Shown piece after piece: positions 45,238 through 58,067 of a stretch of DNA of 64,000 nt (positions are counted from its first letter, which is position 1; every line of letters begins with the position of its first letter). This DNA comes from an uncultured Verrucomicrobiae bacterium (GTDB taxonomy: Bacteria; Verrucomicrobiota; Verrucomicrobiia; Limisphaerales; JAFGQR01), in assembly GCA_963788655.1 (NCBI GenBank), contig CAWBHS010000074.1:13431-77430 (forward strand). Direction: 5' to 3'. Position numbers and translations under genes: made by a program. Under the pieces are notes generated by a model. It did not search any database and was not told the origin of the DNA. It saw nothing but the letters and a program-made list of their open reading frames with translations.

Positions 45238-46212
45238 ATGAATCCGAGTCGGCCATTTGTGACCTTCGCCAGTCCGTCCATCGGTGAGGCGGTCTTGAAA
45301 CAGCGCAGCCTTCGACGTTACCTGCGTTTTGCCGCAACGTTCCTCCTGGCATTGTTGGTTCATGCTGGTGGCTTGCTCTCCGGGGACGCCGCTTCGCCGG
45401 CTGCGGACAACCCGTCTGATTCACCAAAACCCGGCATTCAAGTCCTGCCGGTCGCGGTGGACTTGCGGCCGGTCTTCGAGAAATTGAGGCTGGACCGCTG
45501 GCAACAAGGCAGTCGCCCCACCTGCTCGGCGTTTACGGTCGCGGGTGCGTTGGAATTTGCAGTGGCAAAGCGGCAGGATCACGGAACGCGGTTGAGTGTC
45601 GAGTTCCTCAATTGGGCCTCGAACCGGGCCTGTCACGACCGGCAGGATGGGGGCTTCTTCTCCGACCTATGGAAAGGTTACGCCAAGTATGGCATCTGCA
45701 CGGCTCAGGAATTGCCGTACGCCAAAAAATTTGATCCCGCAGAAGCAACCCCGCCCGCCGCGCTGGTCGATGCCAAAACACGTCTTGATCTGGGCTTGCG
45801 TTTTAACTGGATCAAGGAATGGAACGTTAAGACCGGCCTGACCGACACGCAGCTCCTCGCCATCAAGCGCACCCTCCATCAGGGTTGGCCGGTGTGCGGC
45901 GGCTTTCGCTGGCCGAAGCAGCAGCAATGGGTGGATGACGTGCTCCAGATGTGCGGCCCGGACGCAGTGCGCGACGGACACAGCGTCCTGCTCGTGGGCT
46001 ACCGCGACGAGGCCGCGCAACTGGGCGGCGGGGTTTTCATTTTTCGCAACACCGCCAACGGCGGGCGCGACGGCTTCATGCCTTACGGCTATGCGCGCGA
46101 ATACATGAATGACGCAGCATGGATTGATTTTCCAATCCATCCCCAACCACCCGCCGGCGCCGGATTGCCCGCGCCTCACCCGTTCCGGCAAACGGCATCT
46201 GCCGCAGACTGA
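45238..46212 (+). CDS. Papain-like C1 cysteine peptidase
   Basis: QGSRPTCSAF (Cys), GHSVLLVGY (His), FRN. Confidence 0.82.
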   Translation: MNPSRPFVTFASPSIGEAVLKQRSLRRYLRFAATFLLALLVHAGGLLSGDAASPAADNPSDSPKPGIQVLPVAVDLRPVFEKLRLDRWQQGSRPTCSAFTVAGALEFAVAKRQDHGTRLSVEFLNWASNRACHDRQDGGFFSDLWKGYAKYGICTAQELPYAKKFDPAEATPPAALVDAKTRLDLGLRFNWIKEWNVKTGLTDTQLLAIKRTLHQGWPVCGGFRWPKQQQWVDDVLQMCGPDAVRDGHSVLLVGYRDEAAQLGGGVFIFRNTANGGRDGFMPYGYAREYMNDAAWIDFPIHPQPPAGAGLPAPHPFRQTASAAD

Positions 46213-46240
46213 TATCCGTCACCACATCCCGCGTCGGTTG

Positions 46241-48080
46241 CTACCCTTTCTTTGCCGCCTTGGCCCAGGTGTCGCGCAAGGTAATTGTGCGATTGAACAC
46301 CGGTTGGCCGGGTGGCGAATCCTTATCAACACAGAAATAAGCCAGCCGCTCGAACTGGTAGCGGCTCACCGGATCGGCCGCTCGAAGTGAAGGCTCCACT
46401 TTGGCCGTCACCACTTCCAAAGAATGCGGATTGAGGTGTTGCTTGAAATCGCCCTCCGCATCCGGTTCGGGCACGGTGAACAGGCGGTCGTAGAGCCGCA
46501 CTTCGGCGTCGATCGCGTGCGCGGCGCTCACCCAATGAATCGTGCCTTTCACTTTGCGGCTGGCCGTCGGCCCGCCGGTTTTGCTGTCGAGATCGGCGGT
46601 GCAGCGCAGTTCGGTGATGTTGCCGGCGGCGTCCTTGATCACTTCGTCGCACTTGATGATGTAGGCGTATTTCAGCCGCACTTCGCCGCCGGGTTTCAGG
46701 CGGAAATATTTCGGCGGCGGCACCTCCATGAAATCGTCCTGCTCGATGTACAGTTCGCGGCTGAACGGAACCTTGCGTTTGCCGGCGGTCGGATCTTCGG
46801 GATTGTTGACGGCGTCGAGTTCCTCGGTCTGGCCTTCGGGATAATTGGTGAGGACGACTTTGAGCGGGCGCAGCACGGCCAGGCGGCGCAGGGCGCATTT
46901 GTTCAGATCCTCGCGGATGGCGTGCTCGCAGCACGGCGACGTCGGTGAGGCTGTTGTATTTCGTCACTGCCGAGTTGTGGCGAAAAGTTCCGAAACGCCG
47001 CCGGCGTGACGCCGCGGCGCCGCGATGCCGCAGATGGTCGGCATGCGCGGGATCGTCCCAGCCGCTGACCACGTTTTTCGTTCACAAGCTGCATGAGCTT
47101 GCGTTTGCTCATGATCGTGTAGCCGAGGATGAGCCGGGCGAATTCGTATTGGTGCGGCAGCGGACGCGGCAGATCGAGGTTTTCCAGAATCCAATCGTAA
47201 AGCGGGCGATGCACCTCGAATTCCAGCGTGCAGATGCTGTGCGTGATGCCTTCGATGTAATCGCTCAGGCAATGCGCGAAGTCGTACATCGGATAGATGC
47301 ACCACTTGTCCGCCGGTGTGATGATGCTCGGCGTGGCGGATGCGATAGAGCACCGGATCGCGCAGCCAGATGTTCGGCGAGGCCATGTCAATTCGGCGCG
47401 CAAGCGTGCGGCTGCCGTCGGGAAACTCGCCGGCGTTCATCCGCTGGAACAGATCGAGGTTTTCCTCGATCGCGCGGTTGCGGAAGGGGCTTTCCTGGCC
47501 GGGCCGATCCGGCGCGCCGCCGTATGGTGTCCACCTGTTCGGGCGTCAGGTCGCAAATGTAAGCCTTGCCCTTGCGGATCAGTTGCACGGCGTAATCGTA
47601 AAGTCTGCGTCGAAATAGTCGCGAGGCATAAAACGGCTCCAACTTATCCGCCGGCGTACTGCCGGTTGCCAATTGTCCAGGCATCACGGCGGGCAAATAA
47701 AAATCCGGCTTGCCGTCGCTTGGCACCGTCTCGGGTGTTTTCCCCGTCGGCTTGAGACCTAACCGGTCATCGGCCCAGCCGGCAATCAGCCAGTTCACAT
47801 CTTCCTGGATGCTGTCCACGTACTCGACGTCTTCCTTCGTGGGATTGGTGTCATCCATGCGAAGATTGCACTGCCCCCGGAACTCGCGGGCGATGCCGAA
47901 GTTCAGGCAGATCGACTTGGCGTGGCCGATGTGCAGATAGCCATTGGGTTCCGGCGGAAAGCGGGTAATGATCTTCTGATATTTCCCGGCTGCCACGTCC
48001 GCCGCCACAATGTCCCGGATGAAATCGGCCGGCGCCACAGTGGTGGTTTCCGGTTGGTTCGCGCTGTTTTGCGTCGTCAT
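46241..48080 (-). CDS. glnS: Glutaminyl-tRNA synthetase (multiple frameshifts, probably sequence errors)
   Basis: [52 protein letters not shown]. Confidence 0.94.
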
Positions 48081-48199
48081 AATGTCAACGTCTCATCAAT
48101 TCAAGCGGCGCAACGTAACAGAGCGGGCTTTCGATGAATAGTGAAATTGAGGGTGCGGTGAAACGCACTTGGCTGACGGCGCAAGTCACCACCCCGGTC

Positions 48200-48363
48200 G
48201 GGCAAGATTCCGTCGGGCCCTGACTTTCCGGCGTTGTTTCCGCCTCCTCAGCAACGTTACCGCGGGAAACCTTCTGCGTTCGAACATCGAAGTTCACCCT
48301 TTGCCCGGCATCTCATAGTCGAAAACGCTCCGGAGTAATCAGGGCTCGACGGAGTCTCGCCCT
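48200..48363. repeat. REP-like family D inverted pair
   Basis: GGGCAAGATTCCGTCGGGCCCTGA ... TCAGGGCTCGACGGAGTCTCGCCCT. Confidence 0.75.
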
Positions 48364-48459
48364 GCCTGTTATTCGAGCCAGCGAACAAGTGGTGTCATTA
48401 CGAAATGGTCATTGAGAGGTCCGCCTTTGCAAAGGCGGTCAAATGGCTATAGCACCTCA

Positions 48460-49440
48460 TCACGACTCTCCCACTTTAACCTGCACCGCCGCGATGTCCT
48501 CCACCGCTTCCGGCCCTACCGGCCGCAACCGCCACAAGCCGGCCATCACGCTGCCAATCACCGAATGGAACGTGGCCGAGATGGCGCAGGGCGTGGCCGT
48601 GGCCGGCAGCGCGGGAAAATTACGTTGCGCCAGCACTACGCCCAGCCCGGAATTCTGCATGCCGACTTCAATGGCAACGGTGCGCCGGATTAGTTCGTCG
48701 TAGCCAAACAGGCGTGCAAACGTATGCCCCAGCGCAAATCCGCCGGCGTGCAAGAGGAAAACAGCCGTCAACAATACCCCGCCTGAGTGCAAAATGTCAT
48801 CGGCCCGTTGGCCCACGATGCTGGCGCAGATCAGGGCGATGGTAATCACCGACACCAGCGGCGCCACCGGCAACACCGCCCGGACCAATCGCGGCGTGGT
48901 GTGGTGCAACACCATGCCCAATACAATCGGCGCCAGCACCACCTGAACCGTGTCCAAAAACAACGCCCAGGCATCGACCGGCACGTAAGTACCCGCCAGC
49001 CATTTGGTCAGCAAAGGCGTCAGGAAGATCGCGCCGAAGGTCGAGCACATGGTCATAAGCACGGACAGCGCCACGTTGGCTTTGGCAAGATAGCTCACCA
49101 CATTCGACGCCGTCCCGCCCGGACAACACGAAACCAAAATCAGGCCGACCGCGAACGACGTTTCCAGTCGCAGTACGCGGGCAATGCCAAAGCCCAGCAG
49201 CGGCATGATAAGAAATTGTGCGAAGACGCCCACCGCGACGGCTTTGGGCATGGTCAGCACTCGCTTGAAGTCGTCCACACTGAGTGTCACTCCCATACCG
49301 AGCATGATCACCGCCAGGCCCCATACAATGGCCTCGCCACGAAACCAAGTGAACAGCGGCGGATGAAACAATGCGAGCACACCACCGGTTAGGACCCAGA
49401 CGGGAAACAGATTGGTCAGTAGATTGAACAGCCGGTTCAT
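48460..49440 (-). CDS. Bile acid:sodium symporter family transporter
   Basis: IMLGMG, CCPGGTASN, AIEVGMQNSGL. Confidence 0.93.
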   Translation of the reverse strand: MNRLFNLLTNLFPVWVLTGGVLALFHPPLFTWFRGEAIVWGLAVIMLGMGVTLSVDDFKRVLTMPKAVAVGVFAQFLIMPLLGFGIARVLRLETSFAVGLILVSCCPGGTASNVVSYLAKANVALSVLMTMCSTFGAIFLTPLLTKWLAGTYVPVDAWALFLDTVQVVLAPIVLGMVLHHTTPRLVRAVLPVAPLVSVITIALICASIVGQRADDILHSGGVLLTAVFLLHAGGFALGHTFARLFGYDELIRRTVAIEVGMQNSGLGVVLAQRNFPALPATATPCAISATFHSVIGSVMAGLWRLRPVGPEAVEDIAAVQVKVGES

Positions 49441-49615
49441 GCGTTGGCGTGTATGTAAGCGGCTGATGGGATTCATGGCCAAGCCTTTTCTTGAAATTCG
49501 ACCAGAGCAAGGCGCAACGTTTTCAGCTCTTTTGCGTTCCGCCAGGTCTTGGAATGCGTGCGGTCCGCCGCCTCGTTCAAACCATTTAGCAACTTGGCTG
49601 GACCTTCGAAAAACC

Positions 49616-49660
49616 GGTTGGCGAGGCGCCAACCGCCGCGTCCGAGGCGGACGCGCTCCC
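49616..49660. repeat. REP-like family C
   Basis: Copy of 6121 and 10462 elements. Confidence 0.75.
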
Positions 49661-49741
49661 CAACAGAATCCCCCTCACCCCTGCATTTGCCATGGCCAAA
49701 CGCGCGCAAAACTGCTATGGTATCCGAAATTCAGCCCAACA

Positions 49742-52700
49742 ATGCGTTGCTTCCGTCCATTGATTGTCTTGTGTCTCACTTTGCTGTTGAATGCTTTGCT
49801 CACCAGCAGCGCTTCCTCACAAACCATCCGGCGCGAATACTGGACCGGCATTGCCGGCACGACGATCGGCGACCTGCAGGCGGACCCGAACTACCCGAGC
49901 CAACCTACGGGCGTCTCGTTCGAGGAGAGTTTCGAGGCGCCGTTGAACTGGAGCGACAATTACGGCACGCACATGCGGGGTTACGTACATCCGCCGCAGA
50001 CCGGCGATTACATCTTTTGGATCGCCTCGGACGACCAGGGGGAACTGTATCTGAGCACCAACGAAATGGCTGCCGACCGCGTCCTGATCGCGCGCGTGCC
50101 GACTTGGGTCCCTTCGCAGGATTGGAACGAACCGCGCGATGACACCTATCTCTTCCAACAGTCACCGCCCATTCACCTCGAAGCGGGGCGGCAGTTACTA
50201 CGTCGAAGCTTTGCAAAAGGAAGGCGGCGGTGGTGACAACCTGGCGGTGGGCTGGCAATTGCCCGATGGCACGTTCGAACGTCCCATCCCCGGGAGTCGC
50301 TTGTCTCCCTGGGAAGTTTCCACCAATCCCCCCGCGCTGCTGATGGAACCGGAAGATTTGGCTGTTGCCGAGTTGCAAACCGCCTGGTTCAGGATTTCCG
50401 CTCGAGGCGGCGAACCGCTCACGTTCCAATGGTGGCGCGACGGCACCGTGCTCCTGGGCGAACGTACCGCTACACTGCTGCTGGAAAACCTCACCACCAA
50501 CGACAGCGGCAGTCGGTTTCAATGTGTGGTTACCAACCAGTATGGCAGCGTCACCAGCCGGGTGGCGGTGTTGACCGTATTTCCGGAAATGGTTCCGCCC
50601 ACCACGCTCAATGTGACGCCACCACCAGGAGCGACGGTCCGGCAATTGACGCAAGTGGAAGTGCTGTTCAGTGAACGCGTCACCGGCATTGATGCCGCCG
50701 ACCTGCTGATCAATGATCAACCCGCAACAAATGTCACCGGATTGCTGGCCGGCCCCTTCGTGTTTCAATTCGCTGCGCCTGCCGCGGGGCCGGTTCAACT
50801 TGAGTGGTCCGCCGATCACGGCATCACCGATCTGGCTGCCATTCCCAATTCGTTCGCCGGCGGCGCCTGGACGGTGACGGTCGATCCCAGCGCAATCCCC
50901 GGCGATCTGGTGATCAATGAATTCCTTGCCGCCAATCAAAACGGATTGCTCGACGAAGATGGGGAAGCGCAGGACTGGATTGAAATTCTCAACCGCGGCA
51001 CTAACCGCGTGGACCTGGCCGGTTGGTCGCTCACAGATAATGCCGATGAGCCGGGACAATGGATCTTTCCCGCCCGCCCGCTCGAGCCCGGCGAATATCT
51101 GGTGGTGTTCGCCTCCGGCAAAGACCGCAAACCAAACGCCTCTGGCACTCTGCACACGAATTTCAAACTCGGCGCCAATGGCGAGTACTTGGGCTTGTTC
51201 TCGCCCGAATCGCCACGAGTGGCCATCAGCGAGTTGGCGCCCAAGTATCCCGAGCAACGCAACGATTATTCGTATGGCCGCGATTCCCAAGGCGCCTGGC
51301 GTTACTTCAACTCGCCAACGCCGGGCGGCCCAAACGGTGCGAGCACCATCGCGAGTGTCGTGGCGCCGGTGCATTTCAGTGTGCCGCGCGGATTCTTTGA
51401 CACACCGTTCAATGTGCATCTCAGTACGGAGACTTCCGGCGCCTTCATCCGTTACACGTTGGACGGCAGCGAACCGACGGAACAAAATGGACTCGCGTAT
51501 GCCAATGCTCTCCGAATTGCCGCCACCACGCTGCTCCGCGCCGCCGCGTTTAAGCCAAACTGCCTGCCGTCCACAATTGGCACGCATACCTATTTCTACG
51601 GATTGAGCAGCGCCCAACTGTCACTGCCGGTGCTTTCCATCGTCACGTCTTCAAACAACTTGTTTGGCCCCACCGGCATTCTGGGCATCAACGGCGGAAC
51701 GTATGACAGCGGGGCCTGGGAAGCGGTCAATCCGGGCGATTATTACAATCCTTCCCAACGCGGTCTGGCCTGGGAAAGACCGGTTTCCGCTTGAACTGAT
51801 TCGTCCGGAAGACAACCGCGGCTTTCAAGCAAACTGCGGGCTGCGCGTCGGCGGCGGCAACTACATTCGGCCGCGATACCGACCGTCGAGCAAATTCACT
51901 TTGCGCGCCTATTTCCGCGGCGATTATGGGGCCGGGCGGTTGGAGTATCCGTTCTTCACAAACGCTGCCGTCACCACCTTCAACCAACTTCACCTCCGGG
52001 CCGGCATGAATGATCCGGTCAACCCGTTCATCACCGACGAACTGGTGCGCCGGCTCTTCGTGGACATGGGACAGGTGTCGGCCCATGGCGACGTAATGAA
52101 CCTCTTCGTGAACGGGCAATACAAGGGCTACTACAATCCGGCCGAGCACATCGAAGAACAGTTTTGCCAGGCCTGGCACGGCGGCGGGCCGGATTGGGAT
52201 GTCATTACGGTCGGCAGTCAACCACTCGATGGCGACACGCTCGAATGGAACCGCTTGCGCAGCTACGTCAATTCACAGGATGTCACGCAGCCGGACGTAT
52301 ATTTGGAAATCGAGCGGCAGTTGGACCTGGTCAATTTTGTCGATTACCTGCTGCTCAATGTCTATGCCGGCACCGGCGACTGGGGCGGCAACAATTGGCG
52401 CACGGCGCGGGAACGGGTGCCGGGCGCAAAGTTCCGTTATTACGTGTGGGATGCCGAATGGGCGTTCGGCCAATACAACCGCCCGGTCAGCATCAACTCG
52501 TTCGAGAACGAACTGGCCGGCAACAACGAAATGGCCCTCCTCTACAAGCGGCTCAAGCAAAGCCCGGAGTTCCGTTTGCTGTTCGCCGACCGAATTCAGA
52601 AACACCTGTTCAATGGCGGCGCCTTGGTGGAATCCAACGTGCTGGCGCGATTCGAAGCCTTGCGCTCGTCGATGTCTGAGGTGCTATCCAACATGCAACA

Positions 52701-55616
52701 GACCATCCCCACCGCATGGGTGCCAAATCGCTGTGGATATATAATGGAACATCTCGCCGCCCAAGGTTTGTTGGCCTCGGACAACGCGCCCGTATTTAGC
52801 CAACACGGTGGGCGGGTACCGGCCGGATTTCTTCTGAACATGAGTGCGCCGGCGGGCACCATCTACTACACGATGAACGGCGCCGATCCGCGCGAACGCT
52901 TCACCGGGGCGGTGTCCGCTGACGCGTTGGCCTGGACGAATGGCGTGGCCTTGAGTATTCAGCGCAGCACCGTGGTTAAATCGCGAACACTGAAGGGCGC
53001 TGATTGGAGCGCGTTGACGGAAGCCGAGTTTACCGTTGGACAGTTGGGGCTGCCGCTGTGCATCAGCGAAATCATGTATCATCCGCTCGGCGGTGATGCG
53101 TATGAGTTCGTCGAACTCTTCAACGCCGGCGCCACGCCGATGGACTTGAGCGGATTCAGCTTCCAGGGCATCAGTTACACGTTCCCCCAAAGCACGACGT
53201 TGGCGGCCGGTGCCACGATCGTCTTGATTCCGAACACGGCGCCCGACCTCTTCGCGGCGCGGTATCCCGGCGTCACGGTGTTTGGCCAATACGCGAACAG
53301 TCTGGCCAACGGCGGTGAGCGCCTGGCGGTGTTGGATCGCGACCATCAGGTTGTTGTCTCGGTGGATTACCGCGACGACAGCGGTTGGCCCACGGTGGCC
53401 GATGGTGGAGGATATTCGTTAACTTTGCTGGACCCGAATGGGAATCCAGACAGTCCGGCCAACTGGCGCGATTAGCGAAGCGCCGGGAGGAACTCCAGGA
53501 ACGTATCAGGCCACGCCTGTCACCGTGCCCGTCATTCGCATCAATGAGCTGATGGCGGACAACCAGACTGCTGTTCCGCACGGAACCAACTTTCCAGATT
53601 GGATCGAGTTGTTCAACGGTTCAGCACAAACGGTGGACCTGGCCAACTGGAGTTTGAGCGACGACAGCAATCTGCGGAAGTTCGTCTTCCCCGCCGAAAC
53701 GAGCCTGTCCAGCGGTGAGTTCCTGGTGGTCTGGTGTGACGACCAAACCAATGCGCCCGGCTGGCATGCCGGGTTTGCCCTGGATCGCACGGGCGAAACC
53801 GTCTTCCTTTTTGATGCGACGACCAATCGGGTCGATGCCTTGGGGTTTGGTTTTCAATTGCCCGATTATTCGCTTGGGCGAGTTGGCGAGAACGGGCAAA
53901 CCTGGAGCCTGACGTTGCCCACGCCGGGCACAGCCAACCAAGCGGCTGCATTGGCCTCGCCCACCAATCTCGTTATCAACGAATGGCAGGCTAATCCGTT
54001 TGCCGGCGGATCGGACTGGGTTGAAATCTACAACCGAGATCCCGATGCGCCCGCCGCGTTGCTCGGGCTGTACTTGGGCAACGGCATTGTCTCCAAGCAA
54101 CTTCATGACTTGTCGTTCATTGCTGCCGCCGGGCATTCAGTTTTGAACTGCGATGAGCAGCCAGGAATTGGGCCACCTTGATTTCAAACTGCCCGCCTCT
54201 GGCTCGGACATCGTCCTTAGCGACGCCATTGGCCTGGTGATTGACCGGGTCCATAATCCCAAGCAGACCGAGGGTCTGGCTCGCGGCCGAGTGCCGGACG
54301 GCGGATCACGACTGGCCAACCTGTATGATGGCGCGACGCCGGGATGCCCCAACAGTCCGTTGCAATACAACGGACCGGTCCTGAATGAGTTCATGGCCCG
54401 CAATGCCACCGCCGCCACCAACGCAGCCGGTCGCATTGCGGATTGGATCGAACTGTATAATCCCGGCACTACCAGCGCTAATCTAGCCGGCATGAGTGTC
54501 AGCGTCGAAAGCGGTCAACCGCGGCAGTGGATCGTTCCGCCGGACGTGTCCATTCCAGCACATGGTTACCTAATTCTCTGGTGCGACCCCGAACGCCTGC
54601 CGTCCATCGTCGCCGGTCCGGTGCTGAATCTCGGACGCGGACTTGCAGACGAAAGCGGCGGCATTTACTTGTTCGAGGCCAATGACCAACTGGTGGACTC
54701 GGTCGAGTATGGTTTTCAAGTTGTCAACCGGTCCCTGGGCAGATCCGGTTCGAGTTGGCGCCTCCTTGAAACACCGACACCCGGCGCGGTCAATTCCGTC
54801 AACGCCGCGCTCGGTACCACCGTCCATTTGTGCATCAACGAATGGATGGCCGATCCGCTCACGGGCAACGATTGGTTCGAACTCTACAACGGCGACCATC
54901 GGCCGGTGCAATTGTCCGGCGTCTATCTGAGCGACGATCCGTCGTTGGCGGGGGCGAAGAAATTTCTCGTGAATTCACTCAGTTTCATCGCCTGCAACGG
55001 CTGGATCAAATTCGTGGCGGACGGCGACGCCTTTCAAGGGCGCGACCACGTGAATTTCCGATTGGACGCCGGTGGCGAAACACTGCGCATTTACCTAACC
55101 AGCGGCTCCGTCATCGACAGCCTGGATTACGGCCAACAGACCGCGGGGGTTTCCCAAGGCCGCCTGGCGGACGGCAGTTCGAACATCGTATCCTTCCCCG
55201 CCCTGCTCACTCCCGGCGCCATGAACCTGGCCGACAGCGACGCGGATGGTCTGCCCGACGACTGGGAAACCGCCAACGGATTGAATCCGTTGCTATCCAG
55301 CGATGCCGCCGCCGACCGCGACGGAGACGGTCTGTCCAACCGCGACGAGTATTATGCCGGAACGGATCCTCGCGATCCGAACAGTTACCTGCGGGTCGAG
55401 GTCCGTCTGCCGGGCGAGCATCGCGTCACCTTGCGTTTCCATGCCATGCCGGATAAGAGCTACAGCGTGATTTATTGTGACGCCAATCCCTCGAGCGCCT
55501 GGACCAGACTACGGGACATTTCGGCGTCCGCCTTCGAGCAGGAAATTGAACTTACGGACCAATTACCCGAAGGCGTGAACGAACGCTTCTATCGCCTGGT
55601 CACGCCGCGGCAATAA
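49742..55616 (+). CDS. Large secreted protein: PA14, Ig, several lamin-tail domains, CotH kinase, Ca-binding and C-terminal RFYRL domain (frameshifts near 50185, 51785, 53470, 54170)
   Basis: FWIASDD (PA14); repeated VINE...DWIEL.N (LTD); DWGGNNW and YYVWDAE (CotH); DSDADGLPDDWE; ERFYRLV. Confidence 0.85.
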
Positions 55617-55672
55617 GTGAGAGGCTTTCCTCCAACGTAGGACAACGCACTATTGGAACCGCGTGGGCCTGT

Positions 55673-55817
55673 TCGCGCCAGCGTTTGGAGTGCGTCCGGC
55701 TTGCCGGCGCTTTCGCAATAAAACTCACGGCCGAATACATACGAGCGTCGTATTGTTTGGTAGGTGTGCGATGTTCTACGAAAGCGGGAGCAAGCTCCAC
55801 GCTCCAAACGCTTCGCG
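55673..55817. repeat. REP-like family B inverted pair
   Basis: GCGTTTGGAGTGCG..CGCTTT ... AAAGCG..CGCTCCAAACGC. Confidence 0.8.
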
Positions 55818-55859
55818 ATGTTCGGAACCGACATAGGTTAGCCGGAAGCTACCTTTCAG

Positions 55860-56682
55860 TCACTTCGCCCAATTCAACTGGCTGACCACCGGCAGATGAT
55901 CGGACGCATTGCTCTTGAGAATCCGACTGCTGCGCGTGCGCAGGTCTTTGGTGTGGAAAATGAAATCGATGCGAATGCTCCACTGGTTGTCCCCGTATTG
56001 GAAATCGCAGGTGCCGTGCTGATCGGCGTCTTCATTGACTGCGGCGAAGCTGTCCACAAAACCGTGCTCCTTCAAGAACATCGGGGCGCAGAAGAACGAA
56101 AAACTGTTGAAATCACCCAGCACAATGAGGGGCCGGTCCTTGGCCAGATGCGCATAGAGACGCTGAATTTCCTTGGCGTGGAGTTCCTCTGACTGCTGGA
56201 ACATACTCAAGGCGCTGGTCAACGATCGCATGCGCCCGACCGGCGGTGTGGCCAAATGGACATTCGCCACCTGGACGTTGGTCCCGCCCAGGTTCACATC
56301 GGCAATCAACACCCCTCGCCAGCCCGCCAGCGGCTCAAGGAACGTCAAGTTGCGCAAGGAGGATTTGGAGAGCAGACCCCAAACCGTCCGAACCGTGCTG
56401 TCCCGCGCGAAAAGCCATGTGTGGATATTCCCGGGCCAGTTTCTCCCGCAGGAATTTCTCGGATTCGGGATTGGTTTCCTGGAGCGCCACCACGTCGGCT
56501 GCCGTTTCGCGCAGCGTCGTCACGAGTTTGGGCAAGTCCCGATTGCGATAAAGAATGTTATACGTGGCAATCGTAAACGGGTGCGGTTCGTCGGCCATCA
56601 AACCAGCACCGCTCCAGAGGAAGACCACGGACGCGATCAAGGCTCGGGTCAGGAACATCAGCCATGCACTTTGGATTGTCAT
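55860..56682 (-). CDS. Endonuclease/exonuclease/phosphatase family protein (frameshift near 56370)
   Basis: ATYNI, VALQE, NVHL, GDFN, RIDFI, SDHLPV. Confidence 0.85.
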
Positions 56683-57127
56683 GCGATTGCTGGGGGAATG
56701 CATAGCATGAGCAAAAGAACAACGCCAGACTGGCAGCACAAAATTTCACTTCGCAAATCGCTCTGACGAGACGCTGCTACGCCGGAGCCCGTAGGACAGC
56801 GCGTCCCGCCTGTCCCGAAACACCACAGCCAGTTCGACGTTCAAACCACAAACAGAAACAAAGAAAACGAAGTCGAAAGGAGCGCGACATTCCTGTCGGC
56901 TCGAACGCTACGCCCCGCTCGGGAATCAACCACAAATGGACCCAGCGCTGCGAAACCGTAACCAATCCCAATAGATGCGCCAGCCAATTCAGAAAAGCAC
57001 ATGGGTAAGGTAGCGTGGACGACAGCGGTTTAACTAATCACTATTGAATGTTGGGATAGGCTTGGCGGGCGTTATGGCGGGACGCTTTAAAAGAAGTCGG
57101 CTTTTGAATGTCACCTGCAATGTGCTG

Positions 57128-57212
57128 CGTTGACGCGCCAGCAACTTGGCGCGCAGGACGCTTGGTCTGCAACCGCAGCACGATGGTCGGGTTCGCTGCA
57201 ACGCTTGTAGGC
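57128..57212 (-). mobile_element. Degenerate attC-like site downstream of the cassette ORF
   Basis: GCCTAC(A)AGCGTTGCAGCGAACCCGACCATCG..CGGTTGCA.. begins 8 bp after the stop; resembles attC sites but the R' end is decayed. Confidence 0.45.
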
Positions 57213-57219
57213 GTCGCGG

Positions 57220-57732
57220 TCATACCAAGAGTTGTGCATCGGACTTTGGCATGAAGCGACGATACACGAAGCGAATAAACCGGTCGAGAATGAAAGCGAT
57301 TGAGATGCCAGCTAGGATGCCAAAGGCTGAACCGACGACCAAAATGTAGTGGTGTCTGAGGTGGAACTCGAATAGCGCACAACCGAGCCACAAAGCACCA
57401 ATGCCACACGGCAAGGCAATAAGCGCCAATACCTGATAATGCAGCGCCCGGAAACCTGCGGAAAAGCGCCGTCTGAGAATGGCGATGAGTGCCGAAGAGG
57501 AGACAATACCGAGTGCAATAAAGACAGCGGCACAAGCTATGCATCCGAAACCGATGATGATGCCTAAGCCCACGAGAACGAGAAGCACAGCGCCGAAGAA
57601 AAGAGCACCAAAGAGAAGTCCTGGAGCAAAGTCGTCGTCTGGCGGCAGGGCATCGGACGCTTCGGCAGCTACAACCACAGCGGTCATCGCGAAAAAGAGT
57701 ATCGCAGTGAGAATTGGATGCCCGACTTTCAT
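57220..57732 (-). CDS. Hypothetical multi-pass membrane protein, probable integron cassette ORF
   Basis: Several hydrophobic helices; less GC-biased than neighbours; bounded by attC-like sequences. Confidence 0.65.
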   Translation of the reverse strand: MKVGHPILTAILFFAMTAVVVAAEASDALPPDDDFAPGLLFGALFFGAVLLVLVGLGIIIGFGCIACAAVFIALGIVSSSALIAILRRRFSAGFRALHYQVLALIALPCGIGALWLGCALFEFHLRHHYILVVGSAFGILAGISIAFILDRFIRFVYRRFMPKSDAQLLV

Positions 57733-57746
57733 GTACTGGGAACGAG

Positions 57747-57777
57747 AGCTAACGCCGCGGCTCAGGCACGCCGGCCC
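57747..57777 (-). mobile_element. Right half of an attC-like site upstream of the cassette ORF
   Basis: GGGCCGGCGTGCCTGAGCCGCGGCGTTAGCT ends in a GTTRR core site 15 bp before the ATG. Confidence 0.5.
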
Positions 57778-58067
57778 AATGATGCCTAATTGCCAACTTA
57801 GTTAGATTCTGGCCATCCCCATAGGGTGCAACCACCGACGCGTAGATCTCTGACAGCAGGTCTCCCGGCACAGCAGCGGCTGGTTGTTTTGGTAATACCT
57901 CCACCCGCGCGGTTTCCAAGCCGCCGATCGACATTTCCCTTCGTTTCATGCTTACAGATTGTTTATCTCAACCAAGGATTGTCAATTTTGAAATCGAACC
58001 ATCGGCCCTCGGATTTCGGATTTCGCTTTTGGCCCAGTCATAAGGCTGGCGCCAACGCGGCAGCTTC

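Noticed and set aside
49742..55616. Programmed frameshifting or separate genes in the giant CotH ORF
   Set aside because: Single-base indels (e.g. a G run at ~50185) fall mid-domain without clear slippery heptamers; similar indels occur across the window
57749..57949. 66-aa ORF upstream of the cassette
   Set aside because: No recognisable motif, and it runs through the attC-like site
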